A stretch of 64,000 nucleotides of DNA from Chlorokybus atmophyticus (taxonomy: Eukaryota; Plantae; Mesostigma and Chlorokybus algae): contig RHPI01002069.1 of NCBI GenBank assembly GCA_009103225.1, positions 2,566,846-2,630,845 on the forward strand, written 5' to 3'. Both the position numbers and the translations under genes were made by a program. The notes under the pieces were generated by a model. The model ran no database searches and was not told where the DNA came from. It saw nothing but the letters and a program-made list of their open reading frames with translations. Positions 61,551 to 64,000 of this stretch are shown piece after piece. The stretch's first letter is position 1; each line of letters starts with the position of its first letter.

Positions 61551-63279
61551 ATGATGTCGGCGGCAGCAGTTGAATCACCCTCACCTAGGAGACCATGCTT
61601 GGTGTGCCCACAATGCAATGCGTACGTATGTGCCAATGGCCGTAGGCAGCAAATGCGAGCACACTTGACCGAATGCCAGCGAGTGCAGACAGTGTGCCAC
61701 GGTTTTAGTGCTGCTTGCTGGCATCACACCACACACAATGTCGACGTGTTTGGCTGCCGCCTCGGCCAAGTGCTGTGCAAGGAACCCGAGTTTTTCCATT
61801 GCGTGCAGTGCGTGTGCGAATCGTGCTCGCGCTCATGCTTCGAGTGGCGAGGGGAACCCATGCGCTTCTTCACATGGACAACACCGGGACATGTGGTTAG
61901 TGGACAGGTGGTGGATGCTGTGGAGGTAATCCACAAGAGTGGACCGCGACGTATCACTGCATGTTATGTTGGGCGTATGCTTATTTCATGCATGTTGAAG
62001 CTGTTGTCGCATTCAGAGCAGTCTTGCACGGTGTGGGCGTGGGCAGTTCCATCCCCTGGCCGCTGTAGAGGAGGCAGACCATCGACCGTTGGACAGCGCA
62101 CTGCATCGGCTGCGGAACGCAGTTAAGTTGGGATGCGAGCAGCTGATAGGTGTGAGTATCATGGTGCATTGGCCGCTGGATGGGGAATGGTATGCGGGCG
62201 TCGTGGAATCATTCAAGCAAGTGTCAGGTCAGCATCGCTTCGTGGCGTGCGAGATTGAGGACGCATCATATATGCATGGTGCAATGGAAAATGTCTTTGC
62301 AGGGCAGCACCGTATAGTATTCGATGACGGTGATCGACCACAAACCATCAACTTCAAAGGGCACAACGTATTCGCGTACACATCAGTTGACGGGGCACGC
62401 CATGTTCTGCGCGCCGGAGGGGAGAACGTCAGTCGCAAAGTAAGCCCGGACGGCATCATTGTTAGTCCCTGGCCAGCACCACGGCCAGCCTTGACCACAT
62501 ACACGCCATTTGACAACAAGCTGGGACGCACACGCAGACCAAGGGCACTCGACCTATTCTGCGGCGGTGGCGGTGCCAGTGTCGGTCTATACCACGCAGG
62601 CTTTGACGTGACCGGGATGGACATAAGTCCCTCCTCTGAGTTTCCGCTGCCCTTCATACACCGCGATGTATGCACCCTGAGTGCAGGAGAGCTGAGCGAG
62701 TACGAGCTCATCTGGGCCAGTCCACCATGCCAGGCCTATTCAGGTGCTATCCCGGCACCTCAACGGGCGGCACATGGCACATCCTGGAGACACCAGGATA
62801 TGATACCGCTCGTCCGACGTCTGCTGCTTGCAAGCCAGGTCAAGTTTGTGATTGAGAATGTGCCAGGAGCAGCTTCCTCATTCAGACCCAATCTGTCCCT
62901 TTGTGGCACGATGTTTGGCCTATCAACTTTCCGACACCGTCTGTTTGAGACACAGCCAGTGGTAGCTACCCCACCAGCACGCTGCTCGCACGCGGGCAAG
63001 GCAGTTGGACTGCTATCGCCGCACCTGTCCGCTAGCGCGAAGAAGACAATCGTGACATCAAACGCGCCACAGCAGATGTACCCGGTCTATGGCCTTCCAA
63101 GCACCAGGGGCGGCATTGCTGCGTGGCAAACAGCGCTGGGAGTGCCATGGATGACCTCGGCCGTTTCCATAGCGAATGCAGTTCCTCCCGCAATGGCGGA
63201 GTGCATAGGGCGTCTCATGCTTGAAACAATGGATATGCGCTGTGACTACCCTCCTGTGTCATGGAACTATGAGGCTTGA
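61551..63279 (+). CDS. Cys-rich/Zn-finger + Tudor-like domain fused to a C5 cytosine DNA methyltransferase (~520 aa predicted, 3 exons)
   Basis: Proposed exons 61551-61925, 62017-62227 and 62303-63279 (GT-AG, frame-consistent). Tudor-like LIGVSIMVHWPLDGEWYAGVVESFKQVSGQHRIVFDDGD. MTase motifs I LDLFCGGGG, IV WASPPCQAYS (Cys 62728), VI IENVPG, VIII RHRLF, X IANAVPP. No stops in the modelled exons. Confidence 0.88.
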
Positions 63280-63482
63280 GTGTGGTGCACTGTATTGATG
63301 CTTAATGCCACACGGCGGACTGATTGTTGAATGTTGCATGGATCATTCGATTGTGGTAACAGTTGTGCAGTGACAGCTGCCCGGTATTGTACACGTCCAC
63401 ATGCAAAAGTCTTAGCATACGATTAGCAATGCCTAACTGACTGATATGCTCCAAACTCAGAGTAGTGAGACAAGTACATGTG

Positions 63483-64000
63483 TCACGTGGAAGTGCAGTG
63501 AACGTTCACCCAATACTTGCCCTCTTGTACACGGGCGCTGTCCTTGTCAAACATGGGGAGCAGCTGGACAATGCCTTTTACTTGCTCCAGAGTCACGACA
63601 TCGAGATGTGGACCGCCTCGACGCTTTTCCCATTCCAGAGCGATGCACTTTGTGTCGCTCGTCACATCCAGCTTCGTGTACCAGCGGACAAACACGACCT
63701 CCTTCCACACGCGCTCGCCGCTACCACCCCACACCACCACGCGCAGAAAAAGGAGTGCCTGAGCCCACCACGTCACGTTCACACCGTCCTCATCACCTTC
63801 CAACTCAAGTGTAGAGAACCAAGGCCGCCCATGGAACATCCCAGTTGCGCGCGCCATGCTGACTCCTGATGTCATGTACACTGCTGCGCCTCCGTTCACC
63901 ACGCGAACAGCATGCCACCCGTCGGCCAACTCCAGTTGTTCCCTCCTCAACCAGCTGTCCAGGGTGGCAGGCAGCTTGTCGGCAAATGGAGTCTTCAAGG
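63483..64000 (-). CDS. C-terminal part of a Plavaka/CACTA-type transposase (gene continues beyond the window)
   Basis: ATGMFHGRPWFSTLEL..WWAQALLFL..VVFVRWY..CIALEW..LDVVTLEQVKGIVQLLPMF..YWVN resembles the FHG.PW.S.V / W.AQ..LLF / AFVRWY / V..L..I...V.L.P.F / F.VN pattern of Plavaka-type C-terminal BAH-like regions. Confidence 0.62.
   Translation of the reverse strand, partial: LKTPFADKLPATLDSWLRREQLELADGWHAVRVVNGGAAVYMTSGVSMARATGMFHGRPWFSTLELEGDEDGVNVTWWAQALLFLRVVVWGGSGERVWKEVVFVRWYTKLDVTSDTKCIALEWEKRRGGPHLDVVTLEQVKGIVQLLPMFDKDSARVQEGKYWVNVHCTST

Larger units (their letters stand above)
52907..64000. mobile_element. Putative giant CACTA/Plavaka-like DNA transposon carrying OTU-RING and Tudor-C5-methyltransferase cargo; left end tentative, right end beyond the window
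   Basis: Gene order <gene] [cargo> [cargo> <transposase C-terminus mirrors the 32351-50506 element. Repeat arrays lie near the left side. The terminal ORF resembles the Plavaka transposase C-terminal region. Confidence 0.55.

Noticed and set aside
57153-61660. Shared GRRQQ peptide in the N-terminal fingers of both cargo proteins
   Set aside because: Only five residues and different positions relative to the Cys/His ligands; probably chance.
53000-64000. Endogenous giant-virus fragment as the explanation for the MTase and OTU genes
   Set aside because: No viral core genes seen, the genes contain spliceosomal introns, and the layout and terminal ORF fit a DNA transposon better. Not fully excluded without downstream sequence.

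Overview
Eukaryotic, intron-rich, TE-dense DNA, probably from a green-lineage alga (inferred from the gene content, GT-AG introns and TTAGGG-like repeats). Three host genes are visible: a TBL/PC-esterase-like O-acyltransferase (+, ~6.3-8.3 kb), a kinesin-14 (-, ~9.1-13.1 kb) and a secreted, C-terminally anchored Spondin_N-like protein (-, 24.6-26.2 kb). The rest is layered transposons: (1) a pogo/Fot1-type DD35D element (136-3736); (2) a non-autonomous TIR element (15097-23962) interrupted by a full-length Ty3/gypsy chromovirus, which carries a degenerate N6-adenine-MTase-like insert between gag and protease; (3) a TA/CAGT MITE cluster; (4) a second pogo element split by an 18-kb multi-gene CACTA/EnSpm-like transposon (32351-50506), which itself holds two solo LTRs and an intact, young Ty1/copia; a third solo LTR lies in the pogo 3' end. 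The strongest lead is 53-64 kb, which repeats the gene layout of the CACTA element (<TnpA-like] [cargo> <transposase]) and ends in a Plavaka/CACTA-type transposase C-terminus at the window edge. Its cargo is a Zn-finger-OTU-RING protein and an intact, intron-containing Tudor-fused C5 DNA methyltransferase of a short bacterial/phage type, and both cargo genes are preceded by the same 16-bp palindrome GTACCAT(C/G)CATGGTAC. I interpret this as a giant DNA transposon carrying its own methylation and ubiquitin toolkit. The right end lies outside the window and all domain calls were made by eye, so HMM confirmation is needed. Single Ns at 14798 and 48876 mark possible assembly joins.
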